64,000 nt of DNA from Patescibacteria group bacterium (GTDB lineage Bacteria; Patescibacteriota; Minisyncoccia; Phycocordibacterales; PALSA-1337), in NCBI GenBank assembly GCA_038065415.1, contig JBBTRA010000004.1:26092-90091 (forward strand). The letters run 5' to 3'. The first letter of the stretch is position 1. The number at the start of each line of letters is the position of its first letter. Shown here in pieces: positions 1 to 9,687 of this stretch. The position numbers and the translations under genes were made by a program. A model generated the notes under the pieces. That model was not told the DNA's origin. It made no database searches and saw only the letters and a list, made by a program, of their open reading frames with translations.

Positions 1-681
1 CCTCTCGGAATCGGTATTGACCGTGTCTATGAAGATATCAAGGAAAAATTTCCTTCGATAGATGTATTCAAGATAGATGCCGACAGCACCAAGACTGATG
101 CACAGATCTCCGCAACTTTGGATAGGTTCAAAACGAAACCTGGCAGCATACTTCTCGGCACAGAGATGACACTCGTACATCTTTCAGAAAAAATAGATCA
201 TATCGCGGTTGCCTCACTCGACTCGCTTTTTGCCCTACCGGATTTCCGTATACAAGAGAAGATCATGCACACCCTCATTCGCCTGCGCGGGTTAGCCAAC
301 AGATCATTCCTAGTACAAACTCGTAAAGCGGAGGAAAAAGTATTCGACTACGGCCTCAAAGGCAACCTGAGTGATTTCTATCGAGCTACCCTTGAGGATC
401 GTAGACAGTTCTCATATCCACCATATTCGACGCTCATCAAGATCACCATCGAAGGAAAGAAGGATCTCATTGCTGCACGCATGGCCGAGGTCCAACGACT
501 CCTCGAGCCTCGTGAGATCGACGTCTTCCCCGCGTTCACCGCTACAGTTCGCGGTAATTCGATCATCCACGGGTTGATCAAGCTTCCACAAGGAGGCTGG
601 CCAAATACTGATTTGCTCGAGAAACTGAGGCAATTGCCACCTGACGTGAAGATCAAAGTAGATCCGGAGAGTCTGTTATAG
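1..681 (+). CDS. priA: primosomal protein N' (PriA), C-terminal portion; 5' end lies upstream of window
   Basis: Frame 1 is open from position 1 into the 118..681 ORF. The C-terminal region reads like the PriA helicase C-terminus, and the downstream def-fmt pair matches the classic priA-def-fmt order. Confidence 0.65.
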   Translation, partial: PLGIGIDRVYEDIKEKFPSIDVFKIDADSTKTDAQISATLDRFKTKPGSILLGTEMTLVHLSEKIDHIAVASLDSLFALPDFRIQEKIMHTLIRLRGLANRSFLVQTRKAEEKVFDYGLKGNLSDFYRATLEDRRQFSYPPYSTLIKITIEGKKDLIAARMAEVQRLLEPREIDVFPAFTATVRGNSIIHGLIKLPQGGWPNTDLLEKLRQLPPDVKIKVDPESLL

Positions 682-719
682 AAGTATACAATTCTCATTT
701 TTCCTGTTACAGTTTCACC

Positions 720-1253
720 ATGATCCGCGACATCCTCCAGCGCGAGCACCCTACCCTTCGTGGCACTGCCAAAGAAGTGCCCCTTTCTGATATTGGAACC
801 GACAAGATCAACAGCATCATCGCCGACATGGTGGTCACTATGGACAAACAAAAGGACGGAGTAGCAATCGCCGCTCCACAAATTGACATCCCTCTCCGTA
901 TATTCGTGGTTTCAGGAGATCTCCTCAAACAAGCAGACAAAGAGTACAAAGGTCCTGGCGGCAGTCTCGTATTCATCAATCCAACCCTCCTCAAACTTTC
1001 TCGCGAAAAACGAGAACTAGAGGAAGGCTGTCTCTCAGTCCGTTGGCTTTATGGCAAGGTCAAACGTTCTACCAAAGCCACTATTCGCGCATACAACGAA
1101 AAGGGTGAGAAGATTGAGCGCGGCGCGTCAGGTCTCCTGGCACAGATATTCCAGCACGAGACCGACCACCTCAACGGAACTCTTTTCATAGACAAAGCTG
1201 ATCAAATCTGGGAGATGAGTGAGGAAGAGATCAAAGATCTCCAGAATAAGTAG
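720..1253 (+). CDS. def: peptide deformylase
   Basis: All three PDF motifs are present: G..AAPQ ('IAAPQ'), EGCLS and HExxH ('QHETDHLNG'). The 177 aa length is typical. Confidence 0.9.
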   Translation: MIRDILQREHPTLRGTAKEVPLSDIGTDKINSIIADMVVTMDKQKDGVAIAAPQIDIPLRIFVVSGDLLKQADKEYKGPGGSLVFINPTLLKLSREKRELEEGCLSVRWLYGKVKRSTKATIRAYNEKGEKIERGASGLLAQIFQHETDHLNGTLFIDKADQIWEMSEEEIKDLQNK

Positions 1254-1276
1254 ACCACATAGCACTCACATACCAT

Positions 1277-2152
1277 ATGAACTTTATCTTTTTCGGCTCA
1301 TCACAATTCTCCATATATGTGCTGGATGAGCTTGCGCTGCTCGGCTTCACCCCGACCGCCATCGTTACAACCCCAGACAAACCTCGAGGCAGGAAGCTGA
1401 TCCTGACACCAAATGTGGTCAAGAGTTGGGTGATTCAGCAGAATCATGTTCGGCCGATTCAGCAGAAAATCAAAGTGTATGATCCCGCAAAGATCGACCC
1501 TGCTTTTATCGAAACCTTGAAAAATGATTCTGCAGATGTCTTCATTGTTGCTTCATACGGGAAAATACTCCCAAAGATGCTCATCGAACTTCCGCCACAT
1601 AAAACCTTGAATATCCATCCATCTCTTCTCCCTCAATATCGTGGCGCCTCTCCGTTACAGGCCGCCATCCTCAATGATACTAAATCAACAGGAGTAACCA
1701 TCATGCGAATCGACGAAGAAATGGATCATGGACCAATTGTTGCACAAAAAGATGTCGTGGTAACCGAGTGGCCATCATATGAATCATTCGAGGAAATGAT
1801 GGCACGCGAAGGGGCGAAACTGCTTGCCTCAATCCTTCCTGAATGGGTCGCTCACAAGATACTTGAAAAAGAACAGGATCATGCGCAGGCAACGTATACC
1901 AAGAAAACCAAGAAAGAGGACGGTCTCATAGACCTTTCGGGAGATCCGTATGCAAATTTCAGGAAGATACAGGCGTATCATCAATGGCCCCAAGCATATT
2001 TTTTGATCGACAAAGATGGTGTTCCAATGCGCGTCAAGATAACAGAAGCGTCATTCACCAATGGGACTCTCGTCATAGAAAAAGTCATCCCCGAAGGAGG
2101 AAAGGAGATGAGCTACAAAGATTTCCAGAGCGGATATCTGAACAAAAAATAG
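1277..2152 (+). CDS. fmt: methionyl-tRNA formyltransferase
   Basis: It has the formyltransferase N-domain ('NIHPSLLPQYRGASPLQ') plus the fmt C-terminal domain. It sits immediately downstream of def. Confidence 0.9.
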   Translation: MNFIFFGSSQFSIYVLDELALLGFTPTAIVTTPDKPRGRKLILTPNVVKSWVIQQNHVRPIQQKIKVYDPAKIDPAFIETLKNDSADVFIVASYGKILPKMLIELPPHKTLNIHPSLLPQYRGASPLQAAILNDTKSTGVTIMRIDEEMDHGPIVAQKDVVVTEWPSYESFEEMMAREGAKLLASILPEWVAHKILEKEQDHAQATYTKKTKKEDGLIDLSGDPYANFRKIQAYHQWPQAYFLIDKDGVPMRVKITEASFTNGTLVIEKVIPEGGKEMSYKDFQSGYLNKK

Positions 2153-2181
2153 AGATCCTGCCAGACAGATAGAATAGTTGA

Positions 2182-2355
2182 TTAGCGATGTATCTGAGCT
2201 TGCTGAGTCTTGTACGCAGCACTCACCGTGTCAACGCTTTGGTTGACATAGTATATGACCGTCCAAAGACACCACGACGCCAGGAATATACCCACCAATG
2301 TTGAATTGACCGGCTGGCGGGCTGATTTCATACTAAAGAACGAGGATGAATTCAT
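2182..2355 (-). CDS. possible small membrane protein (57 aa, below ORF-track cutoff)
   Basis: Hand-translated ORF MNSSSFFSMKSARQPVNSTLVGIFLASWCLWTVIYYVNQ... with one predicted TM helix in the fmt-hpf gap. No homology is recognised. Confidence 0.2.
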   Translation of the reverse strand: MNSSSFFSMKSARQPVNSTLVGIFLASWCLWTVIYYVNQSVDTVSAAYKTQQAQIHR

Positions 2356-2370
2356 CTGATCGAGGGTACT

Positions 2371-2739
2371 TTATTTCCAGGGCCAGAGACCTCTCATCAT
2401 ATCTTTGACGGCCGCTCCTCCCCTGCGGATGCTCGACATATTCTTCTGGCGATGAGACTTGAGCTCCCTGAGCACAGCGTCACGCATCTCGTCTATAGCA
2501 GCATAGAGGTCTTCCTTTTCGCATGCGTGGAATATATTGAGGCCAGCACCGACGATGTGTGCCTCTGCTTTGAATATGTCACCCTTGTTGTGATGGGCAG
2601 TCGTGCGAGCGAGCTCGATATCGCACTGAATAGATGTGTCATCCCCGACGAGCTTTTCTATCTTCTCCATCCTTTTCGAAACATACTCGGATATAGCGTC
2701 GGTCAGTGAGATGTTGGTAGTCTTGATATTTGTATTCAT
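2371..2739 (-). CDS. hpf: ribosome hibernation promoting factor (HPF/RaiA, sigma-54 modulation protein family)
   Basis: A 122 aa protein with 'ISLTDAISEYVSKRMEKIEKL' and the beta-alpha-beta HPF pattern. Confidence 0.8.
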   Translation of the reverse strand: MNTNIKTTNISLTDAISEYVSKRMEKIEKLVGDDTSIQCDIELARTTAHHNKGDIFKAEAHIVGAGLNIFHACEKEDLYAAIDEMRDAVLRELKSHRQKNMSSIRRGGAAVKDMMRGLWPWK

Positions 2740-2867
2740 GTGGGTATGGTTAGTCCTATTAATCGATCAGCTACCGTACGCTCTCATTATATCAGCTCTT
2801 CGCCCCCAGAGAAACTAGTATGCATATTTTGATTTCGTGTACCCGATGTGGTACATTATCCCCACAT

Positions 2868-2940
2868 TCCGCGGTAGCTCAGCCGGTAGAGCGCCTCGCT
2901 GTTAACGAGGATGTCCCAGGTTCGATCCCTGGCCGCGGAG
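2868..2940 (+). tRNA. tRNA-Asn (anticodon GTT)
   Basis: The 7-bp acceptor stem TCCGCGG/CCGCGGA pairs correctly. The D-arm is GCTCAGCCGGTAGAGC and the anticodon loop CTGTTAA has U33 and A37. The T-arm is CCAGGTTCGATCCCTGG, the discriminator is G, and the total is 73 nt without an encoded CCA. Confidence 0.85.
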
Positions 2941-2979
2941 CAGATAGCATTGCCTCAGATTCCTTGGAATACTATACCC

Positions 2980-3309
2980 ATGACACATTTTGTTCCAAAA
3001 ATTGTAACTGCTGTATTCTTGAGTCTTCTCATTAATGCCCCATTTGCCATCGGGGAGTTCCTGACAAGGGAGATCACGGGTCCGCGTGCGTATTTTCCGT
3101 TCAAGCTCATGGTGGGGCTCTGGCTCCACATGGCACTTCTAGTGTTTCTATTGATTCCAATAATCCAAACTTCTAGAGACGGCAGCGCGAGCAAGAAACC
3201 AATCCTCCTCAGCATACGGTTACTCATTCTCGGAATCTTGGCATGGGCCTGGATAACACTAATTATTGATCAGTGGCCCTGTTTTTTCCTTGGGGGTAGT
3301 GGTTGCTAA
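2980..3309 (+). CDS. hypothetical membrane protein
   Basis: Hydrophobic ORF with 3-4 predicted TM segments. The start was moved to the internal Met at 2980 to avoid overlap with the tRNA. Confidence 0.3.
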   Translation: MTHFVPKIVTAVFLSLLINAPFAIGEFLTREITGPRAYFPFKLMVGLWLHMALLVFLLIPIIQTSRDGSASKKPILLSIRLLILGILAWAWITLIIDQWPCFFLGGSGC

Positions 3310-3399
3310 ATATTGACGCAAACAAATTCATATTGTAATCTGAGTATTAGAATTTGTTGTAGCTTCACTGAAATCTCAACCGATCAAACCTTTGAAAGT

Positions 3400-3945
3400 A
3401 TGAAGACTCCCGTCTTAATTGAACTTGCCATTCAGACCGTTCTCGTCGCATTTGCCGGAGAACTCCGCACAGGACCCTTTTCACTCCCCAGTGCGACACA
3501 TTCGCTACGGGTTGGACTCTCACTCATGAAGTGGGGGTATGAGATCGATGTGTGTTTGGGTGGATTCTTCCATGATGTCGACGAGGACACCTCGCTTAAT
3601 CGAGAATTCATTCGAAATAAATTTGGGGACAGAGCACATTTTTTGATGCTAGCCTGCACCCTTGACCCGACACTTGAAGAAAAGGGTCCCGGGGAAGATG
3701 AGCTGTATCAAAGAGTGATCAAGTATGCAGAAGCGGGAGATCTTGATCCCCTTCGCATTAAATGTGCTGATTCATTTGATAACCTGGGAACAAATGCTTG
3801 TCTAAAGCCGGAGTGGCAAGAACATGCTTTTAAGAAAGGGCTCAACTGGCACGTAGCTGCACTTCGCTTTTTTCCTACAGAGGCTTTAACAAGAGAGCTT
3901 GGTTACCTGCTCCAATGGGAAGCCACAAGGTTAGCGTCAAAATAA
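3400..3945 (+). CDS. HD-domain metal-dependent phosphohydrolase
   Basis: Metal-ligand motifs are visible at H...'FFHDVDED'...'CADSFDNL'. The start was chosen at 'MKTPVLIEL', but the ORF stays open back to 3313. Confidence 0.5.
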   Translation: MKTPVLIELAIQTVLVAFAGELRTGPFSLPSATHSLRVGLSLMKWGYEIDVCLGGFFHDVDEDTSLNREFIRNKFGDRAHFLMLACTLDPTLEEKGPGEDELYQRVIKYAEAGDLDPLRIKCADSFDNLGTNACLKPEWQEHAFKKGLNWHVAALRFFPTEALTRELGYLLQWEATRLASK

Positions 3946-3956
3946 AACACTCTGTC

Positions 3957-3996
3957 ACCCGCACTACATCCAAATCGTATGCGGGTTTTTTAATAT
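3957..3996 (+). terminator. intrinsic terminator (copy 1 of a duplicated terminator element)
   Basis: Stem cccgca...tgcggg followed by TTTTTT. The first ~20 nt nearly match the element at 4520. Confidence 0.5.
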
Positions 3997-4156
3997 CCAC
4001 ATTCTAATAAGCCCGCAGAATCGGAGCAGATTTGACTATATTCAAGCATGTGATACTTTTGAATAACTCCATGAGCAGTTGCTTGTGAAGTGTGACTGGC
4101 GTCGTTCGCTTGCTCACCCTGTACCTATAACAATAGAAAAAAGGAAAGGATAGTAT

Positions 4157-4504
4157 ATGGTATACACCAAAGATCGTGTCACGCGAGAGACACTCATGAA
4201 ACTCCTCGCATACAGCCTAGCACCCGAGTGCCAGGTTTTACTGTGTATCAAGCCACCAACCAACATTGTAAACGATGGGGAAATTAAAAAAACCTCTGTC
4301 ATTTCCTTTCAAAAGGTTGAGGAAAAAGTGTTCAAGTTTAGTGGCAAAAAACCTGATGACCAACACCATCGTGCCTTCACAATCAAGGTAGTAGTCGAGG
4401 ATGAACACCTTGAATGGATCGATGACAAAAAAGAAGACACTGTATTGGTTCCCGTCTCATCAGTGATTCTCAATAAAGTGGCTCAAATCTTGAACGCAGG
4501 CTGA
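4157..4504 (+). CDS. hypothetical protein
   Basis: A good RBS (aaaggaaagga) precedes the ATG. The gene is flanked by two similar terminator elements. Confidence 0.45.
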   Translation: MVYTKDRVTRETLMKLLAYSLAPECQVLLCIKPPTNIVNDGEIKKTSVISFQKVEEKVFKFSGKKPDDQHHRAFTIKVVVEDEHLEWIDDKKEDTVLVPVSSVILNKVAQILNAG

Positions 4505-4519
4505 CTAGATTTGTAGAGC

Positions 4520-4560
4520 GCCCGCACTACGTCCAGACTGTAGTGCGGGTTTTTTAATAC
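4520..4560 (+). terminator. intrinsic terminator (copy 2)
   Basis: A 10-bp stem cccgcactac/gtagtgcggg followed by TTTTTT. Confidence 0.6.
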
Positions 4561-4633
4561 TTAGGTTCTAACTTCCCCACAGATCTGGAGTAAATAACTT
4601 TATCAAACCACTTTAGTTTGATAGCATTAGAGT

Positions 4634-5062
4634 ATGATAATAATAAATCCTTGGATTAACTTCAATGGTAATGCTGAAGAAGCATTTACCTTTTACAAAT
4701 CGGTCTTTGGTGGCGAATTTACAAAAATTACCCGTTTCAAAGACATTGCGAGCGCCGAGGTCCCTGTGGCAGAAAAGGAAGAAAATAAAATTATGCATAT
4801 TACTTTACCTATCAGCAAAGGTAATGTGTTGATCGGGAATGACGTTCCAGAATTTATGGGACCCGTAAATGAAAACGAAAACAGAAGTAAAATCTCAATA
4901 CACACGGAAAGCAAAGAGGAAGCGGACAGATTATTTAATGGGCTTTCTGCAGGTGGAACAGTAGAAGGACCTATGGGTGATAGTCCTTGGGGGTCATATG
5001 CGGGAATGTTTCGAGATAAATATGGTATTGAGTGGTTAATCGAATTTTCTCCTGAGAAATAA
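4634..5062 (+). CDS. VOC/glyoxalase-fold protein, PhnB-like (3-demethylubiquinone-9 3-methyltransferase domain family)
   Basis: About 140 aa with 'EEAFTFYKSVFGGEF....MHITLPISKGNVLIGND....YGIEWLI'. A paralog lies at 15695..16105. Confidence 0.7.
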   Translation: MIIINPWINFNGNAEEAFTFYKSVFGGEFTKITRFKDIASAEVPVAEKEENKIMHITLPISKGNVLIGNDVPEFMGPVNENENRSKISIHTESKEEADRLFNGLSAGGTVEGPMGDSPWGSYAGMFRDKYGIEWLIEFSPEK

Positions 5063-5067
5063 AATAC

Positions 5068-5097
5068 AAAATGACCCTGCGTGCAGGGTCATTTTTG
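5068..5097. terminator. bidirectional intrinsic terminator
   Basis: Stem gaccctgc-gtg-cagggtc flanked by an A-run and a T-run. It sits between convergent genes. Confidence 0.5.
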
Positions 5098-5529
5098 CTA
5101 CTGGTGATAGAACCATTCCAAGGAAGCTCGAACTTCCCCTGGACTAGCCTTGTGTACTGCATTCAAAAAATAAACAACATCGCCATACTTCACTGTTCCC
5201 AGCCGCCCGAATACATACCGGATCGTATGCGGCTCGCATAGTTCCCCGTCAAAATGTCTGCCAGCCAGATCAAGAAATCTTTCCACCGCAGACTCACCTT
5301 CAAGGATACACACCTCCACCTGCTTACCAGCTGAATGCCGCTTCGCAGCCTCCAAAAGCGGAGAAGCCAAGTCATCTCCATACAAAGCATCTATGTCGGC
5401 TTCGGTAAGTCGTATGATGCGTGACTCGACCAATTTCAGGTCGGAATGTGCGGCAATATAGCCTTTGATATCATTTCTGATTTCAAATGCTTCGGGTTTT
5501 ATAATGAAAAAAGTTTTTTGAATCGGCAT
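5098..5529 (-). CDS. ndk: nucleoside diphosphate kinase family protein
   Basis: 'KTFFIIKPEAF', 'ILEGESAV' and 'NAVHKAS' align to the NDK motifs, but the usual HGSDS is replaced by HKASP. The start was set at the internal Met, 1 nt overlapping the upstream stop. Confidence 0.6.
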   Translation of the reverse strand: MPIQKTFFIIKPEAFEIRNDIKGYIAAHSDLKLVESRIIRLTEADIDALYGDDLASPLLEAAKRHSAGKQVEVCILEGESAVERFLDLAGRHFDGELCEPHTIRYVFGRLGTVKYGDVVYFLNAVHKASPGEVRASLEWFYHQ

Positions 5530-6296
5530 TATTGTTTCCAAACCAACAATTTCTTCTCGACAAAAACTAGGATGCCGACACATATCACTCCCGCTACAGT
5601 TACGCTAATAAGCGAGGCATACAGCAAACCGGGACGTAATTGGTACATAGCCACAGTTATAAGCTGACCGATGCCCGTCCGAACACCGAGCCATTCGCCG
5701 ATAGTGGCGCCAATAATGCTCGCAGGAATCGCCAATCGCAATGCAGTCAAAAAACCTGGGATCGCTGACGGCAAGAATATCTTGAAGAGCATCTGTTTCT
5801 GCGTGGCATTGAATACGCGCATCACTTCCAAAATATCCTTCGAGACATTTCTGAATGAACTATCCAATCCTACCAAGATAGGAAAATAGCTGATTATCAT
5901 CGAAACAAAGACAATTGAAAACCACGACCCTTGTCCAAATGCCAATATGATCAGCGGCGCAAAACCCACTATCGGAAAGGAATTCATGGCAAAGCTAAAG
6001 GGAAAGCCTATATTCCTGACCGTCGGGAAAAATAGGAAGACAATGGACACAACAAAAGCCAGCAGTATCCCGAGTAATAATCCCCCACCAGCTCGTGCCA
6101 ATGTATACCCCAAATTAGACAGTATGACCCCTCCATCCACCACGAATGTTTTGATGATGGTATGTGGCGACGCAATGAAGAGCTCAATTGAAGTATCGTC
6201 GTTTTCGATGCGATGATAATCTACGGCATTTTCAATCAATTGCCATAAAAAGAGGAAGGCACAGATGAACAAAAAAATGGATAGGGTCTTCTTCAT
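5529..6296 (-). CDS. ABC transporter permease (NitT/TauT family)
   Basis: Six TM segments and a BPD_transp_1-like EAA region. It lies in an operon with the ATPase and the substrate-binding protein. Confidence 0.8.
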   Translation of the reverse strand: MKKTLSIFLFICAFLFLWQLIENAVDYHRIENDDTSIELFIASPHTIIKTFVVDGGVILSNLGYTLARAGGGLLLGILLAFVVSIVFLFFPTVRNIGFPFSFAMNSFPIVGFAPLIILAFGQGSWFSIVFVSMIISYFPILVGLDSSFRNVSKDILEVMRVFNATQKQMLFKIFLPSAIPGFLTALRLAIPASIIGATIGEWLGVRTGIGQLITVAMYQLRPGLLYASLISVTVAGVICVGILVFVEKKLLVWKQ

Positions 6297-7054
6297 ATAC
6301 TTTTGAGCATATTCCTTACTTTTATCGTCTCTTGAAAAAAACGGGGATCCGTTCTCAGGCGCGCATCGCGTACCAAGGGAAGATCGATAGGAATAATCCC
6401 TACTACGCTTCCTGGTTCAGGCGAAAGAACTACTACCCTATTTGCCAGGAAAACCGCTTCCTCAATGTTATGGGTCACATATACAATTGTGGTTTTCAAT
6501 GCAGATTGGATACGCAGAACCTCTTCATTTAATTTTTCCTTAATCATTTCATCCAGTGCCGCAAACGGTTCATCCATAAGCAACACTCTCGGGTGACATG
6601 CGAGGGCGCACGCGATAGCCGTCCTTTGTTTCATTCCCCCTGAAAGCTCCGAGGGAAAGTAATTTTCAAAACCTTCCAGTGCACACAGTGATACGAGCTC
6701 TTCTACCCGTGAAGCATCGGGGGTGCCTTTGATTTCTAGTGGTAGGCGTATATTCCCGACAACACTCCGGAAAGGAATGAGTGATGGCGACTGCGGCACA
6801 TAGCCGATCAAGCCGGTGATTCGAGCGTGATTTATGCTTCGATTTTCATAAACCACAGACCCTGTGTCCGGAGAAATAATATCCGCAATCATGCGCAAAA
6901 TCGTCGTCTTGCCGCAGCCCGAAGGACCAACAAGCGCAATGATCTCCCCTTCTTGTACACTAAAACTGACATTACTTACACCGACAGCACGAGCACCATT
7001 CTTTTTATACGCCCTGCTCACATTCTTCAGTTCGATAAGGGGGGCGATACTCAT
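6293..7054 (-). CDS. ABC transporter ATP-binding protein (NitT/TauT family)
   Basis: Walker A 'GPSGCGKTT', ABC signature 'LSGGMKQR' and Walker B 'LLMDEPFAALD' are all present. Confidence 0.85.
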   Translation of the reverse strand: MSIAPLIELKNVSRAYKKNGARAVGVSNVSFSVQEGEIIALVGPSGCGKTTILRMIADIISPDTGSVVYENRSINHARITGLIGYVPQSPSLIPFRSVVGNIRLPLEIKGTPDASRVEELVSLCALEGFENYFPSELSGGMKQRTAIACALACHPRVLLMDEPFAALDEMIKEKLNEEVLRIQSALKTTIVYVTHNIEEAVFLANRVVVLSPEPGSVVGIIPIDLPLVRDARLRTDPRFFQETIKVRNMLKSI

Positions 7055-8104
7055 CTATTTATATATCGCTTGCAAGATCGAATAGTCAACCAACTCGCTC
7101 AAAGAAGGGGCATGCGGAATCTGGCCCAACTCGGCATATGCCTTAGCAAAATCTGCAACCTGCTTTTCATATATCCAGCCCGGCTTCACTTCATCGAAAA
7201 GCGGCAAGGACTTCCGTATCAGCCATGTTTCCTGTGCTTTATCGAAAGATGGTCCTCCACAACGAGAATCAAGAATATGTTCCGCGGCTTTTTCAGGATT
7301 CGCAACAACGAAGCCGACACCTTTGTTTGTCGCATTCAACCACGCGACAAGGAGTTCTTTCTTTTCACGAATCGTTTTTTCTGAGGCGACAGCGATCATC
7401 GAGGGTTGATCGAACCCTGGAATTTCACTTGAAGATAGGAACGTATATGCGATCCCCGCCTTATCCAACTCATATGCCTGCGTGGTCCAATAACCCGCAA
7501 GTGCATCTACCTGCTTCGACAAAAATGGTGAAGCATCAAAACCGACAATTACGAGCTCAAGTTCCTCAACCGGCACTCCAATGTATTTTGCGATTGCATA
7601 TTGAATAACTGAATCCGCAGTAACACCGATCTTGTATTTACTTCCATCAGGCTTTCTTTTGGCAAAATCTTTGATACTTGTCAGTCCTGAATCCGTACGC
7701 ACCATGAAACCGTACGGATTCTCATTCCAGAAAGCACCAAACACCTTTACCTGTATTTGACCCTCTTGTACAGTTCTCGCCTTACCTCGTATTAGTGGCA
7801 CGAGATCCCCGTCGATACCCAGAGTGATGGAATCATCGAGAGCAACAGCGTTCGTGGCAACAATGAATGATGCGCCCGTCGGTCCGCCCGGAAGAAGCTC
7901 AACGTCCATTCCCGCGTCACGATAATATCCATTTACGATTGCGGAACATACATTGGCGAATTCGCCATTGAGGAGCCATCCTGCCTGAACACGAACCTTG
8001 GCAAGTTCGCTCTTTGGATTACGGTCGACTGAGGTATACGCAATTGCTGCGATAATGAGCACAATGACCACGATAATTGTTATGGACGAATTTTTTTTAT
8101 TCAT
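7055..8104 (-). CDS. ABC transporter substrate-binding protein, NMT1/THI5-like (SsuA/TauA-type)
   Basis: An N-terminal signal/TM anchor is followed by a periplasmic-binding-protein type 2 fold. It abuts the ATPase gene. Confidence 0.7.
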   Translation of the reverse strand: MNKKNSSITIIVVIVLIIAAIAYTSVDRNPKSELAKVRVQAGWLLNGEFANVCSAIVNGYYRDAGMDVELLPGGPTGASFIVATNAVALDDSITLGIDGDLVPLIRGKARTVQEGQIQVKVFGAFWNENPYGFMVRTDSGLTSIKDFAKRKPDGSKYKIGVTADSVIQYAIAKYIGVPVEELELVIVGFDASPFLSKQVDALAGYWTTQAYELDKAGIAYTFLSSSEIPGFDQPSMIAVASEKTIREKKELLVAWLNATNKGVGFVVANPEKAAEHILDSRCGGPSFDKAQETWLIRKSLPLFDEVKPGWIYEKQVADFAKAYAELGQIPHAPSLSELVDYSILQAIYK

Positions 8105-8906
8105 ATTTTTTCAGGGATACATCCCATAAAATGAGGAATGACGGCACAAATCTATCTAAAAATGAAATGAGCTCAGTCTTGTCAGAAATAGGGTTCATGG
8201 CATACTGAAGCGCCTTGGCCATATCACCGGCATATTCAGGATATGCAGTACTGAAAACAGCGTAGCATGTTTCCAAATCTTGTGAATAGACAGGGGTCTC
8301 AAACATGACCAGGCCCAGACCCGATCGCAGCAGCACACGCATATTCCATACACACCAGAATGCAAGGGTTTTTTCTTCTCCTAGATAGGTTTTTTTACCA
8401 TCTCCAGAAATAACATTCCGTAAATCAGCACATTCCTCTCTCAATCCTGCATACATGCGCCGCGCCAAATCTGGACCTGGTTTAACATCAGCAATGTGCA
8501 TGAGAATATCTTCTCCATACGCAATATACGATTGCGTTTTGAGGTATATTTTAAGATTTGAATACTCTTTCGAAGTCAGGATCTGGTCGAGTGTAAGAAC
8601 AGTAATATCAACAAAAGTCACATGGGGATATTTTTTCTCTAGCAGCCGTGCTTCTTGAGAAAACCAGGCGAGTTCCGCGGCGGATACTGAATGATAGACC
8701 ACAATCACTGAATCCAGATCTGAAATTCCAGGAACAGCCCTTCCTACACTGACACTTCCTCGTATATATACACTTCGAAGATTCGTGGTCAGCTTCGTTT
8801 GAGCAAGACTGAGGACATCAGCCACCAATGGAATGTATTCGCCTTGAACTTTATCCGCGCTTGCCTCGTTTATCACACACCCATTTTCATCAATAGGATA
8901 CAGCAT
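8097..8906 (-). CDS. nucleotidyltransferase-fold protein
   Basis: 'IRGSVSVGRAVPGISDLDSVIV' matches the hG[GS]x9-13Dh[DE] NTase motif. Confidence 0.45.
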   Translation of the reverse strand: MLYPIDENGCVINEASADKVQGEYIPLVADVLSLAQTKLTTNLRSVYIRGSVSVGRAVPGISDLDSVIVVYHSVSAAELAWFSQEARLLEKKYPHVTFVDITVLTLDQILTSKEYSNLKIYLKTQSYIAYGEDILMHIADVKPGPDLARRMYAGLREECADLRNVISGDGKKTYLGEEKTLAFWCVWNMRVLLRSGLGLVMFETPVYSQDLETCYAVFSTAYPEYAGDMAKALQYAMNPISDKTELISFLDRFVPSFLILWDVSLKKYE

Positions 8907-8913
8907 GAGCTGA

Positions 8914-9558
8914 TTAGAGAGTATGTATTCTAGTGTCAGATCCTCGAACCACAATAACCTCACCATCTCTCAGGGTCTTGTAGGGGATTTTTTCTTTTTC
9001 GCAGAACTCAACATACTGATCGACCGCAGAAGATTCAGGATGATCTGATTTGTAATGGACCGCAACTACATAATCAATCAGACCGAGGCCCTGAAGACTG
9101 ATTTCATTTTGATACATAGGCGGCACAATATCCGGATCATCAACGATTTCTACACCCTTCAAAGTAGGTGTGATGACAACAACGGCCGCACTGAAGCCCC
9201 CGTATACGAGCTCATCTTTCTGTACCAAATCAGCAACGATGAGATCGAAGCCACTTTGTTCATATGCGCGTTTCAATACAAAAGAATTTCCACCGTGTAC
9301 CCATACCAATCCGTATTCTTTCATTTGTTGCGCCAGTTCGTCTTTCTTACCAAAATAATTCCTCAAATCAAGCTGTTCAGCAGCAAAACCCAAAGACGCA
9401 AGGCCAGCAATCTGTTTTTCCAGACTTTGGGATACCCGCACCGGGTCACCATAATCGAGAGCGTTCATTATGACAGCTGCCCGTTTGTTGGTACCAACCA
9501 ATTTTACCAGCTCGTCCGTGAAGTTCCCGAACTTATAGGAAGATAAATACAATCTCAT
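8914..9558 (-). CDS. peptidase S51 family (dipeptidase E-like)
   Basis: 'MRLYLSS...' and 'VWVHGGNSFVLKRA' resemble PepE/cyanophycinase-family motifs. Confidence 0.55.
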   Translation of the reverse strand: MRLYLSSYKFGNFTDELVKLVGTNKRAAVIMNALDYGDPVRVSQSLEKQIAGLASLGFAAEQLDLRNYFGKKDELAQQMKEYGLVWVHGGNSFVLKRAYEQSGFDLIVADLVQKDELVYGGFSAAVVVITPTLKGVEIVDDPDIVPPMYQNEISLQGLGLIDYVVAVHYKSDHPESSAVDQYVEFCEKEKIPYKTLRDGEVIVVRGSDTRIHTL

Positions 9559-9605
9559 CGCGTGATTTTATCACAGACCGAAGGTCCAACCTAGCCTCTT
9601 CATAT

Positions 9606-9634
9606 TTGACTTTCTATATATATTGTGTTAATAC
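9606..9634 (+). promoter_or_regulatory. sigma-70-type promoter (TTGACT-17-TAATAC) for PheRS-like copy 1
   Basis: Hexamers were read directly. The -10 region and start-region block 'tgtgTTAATACtTACTCA' is duplicated upstream of copy 2. Confidence 0.45.
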
Positions 9635-9687
9635 TTACTCAAACAAGGAGAATCCTTACGATCTTTAACAACAGGAGAAAGCAACCT

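Noticed and set aside
371-994. Antisense and alternative-frame ORFs (371..577+, 378..881-, 412..633-, 707..994-) overlapping priA/def
   Set aside because: They lie fully inside well-supported genes, are low-complexity or Arg/Ser-rich, and have no motifs. They are typical shadow ORFs.
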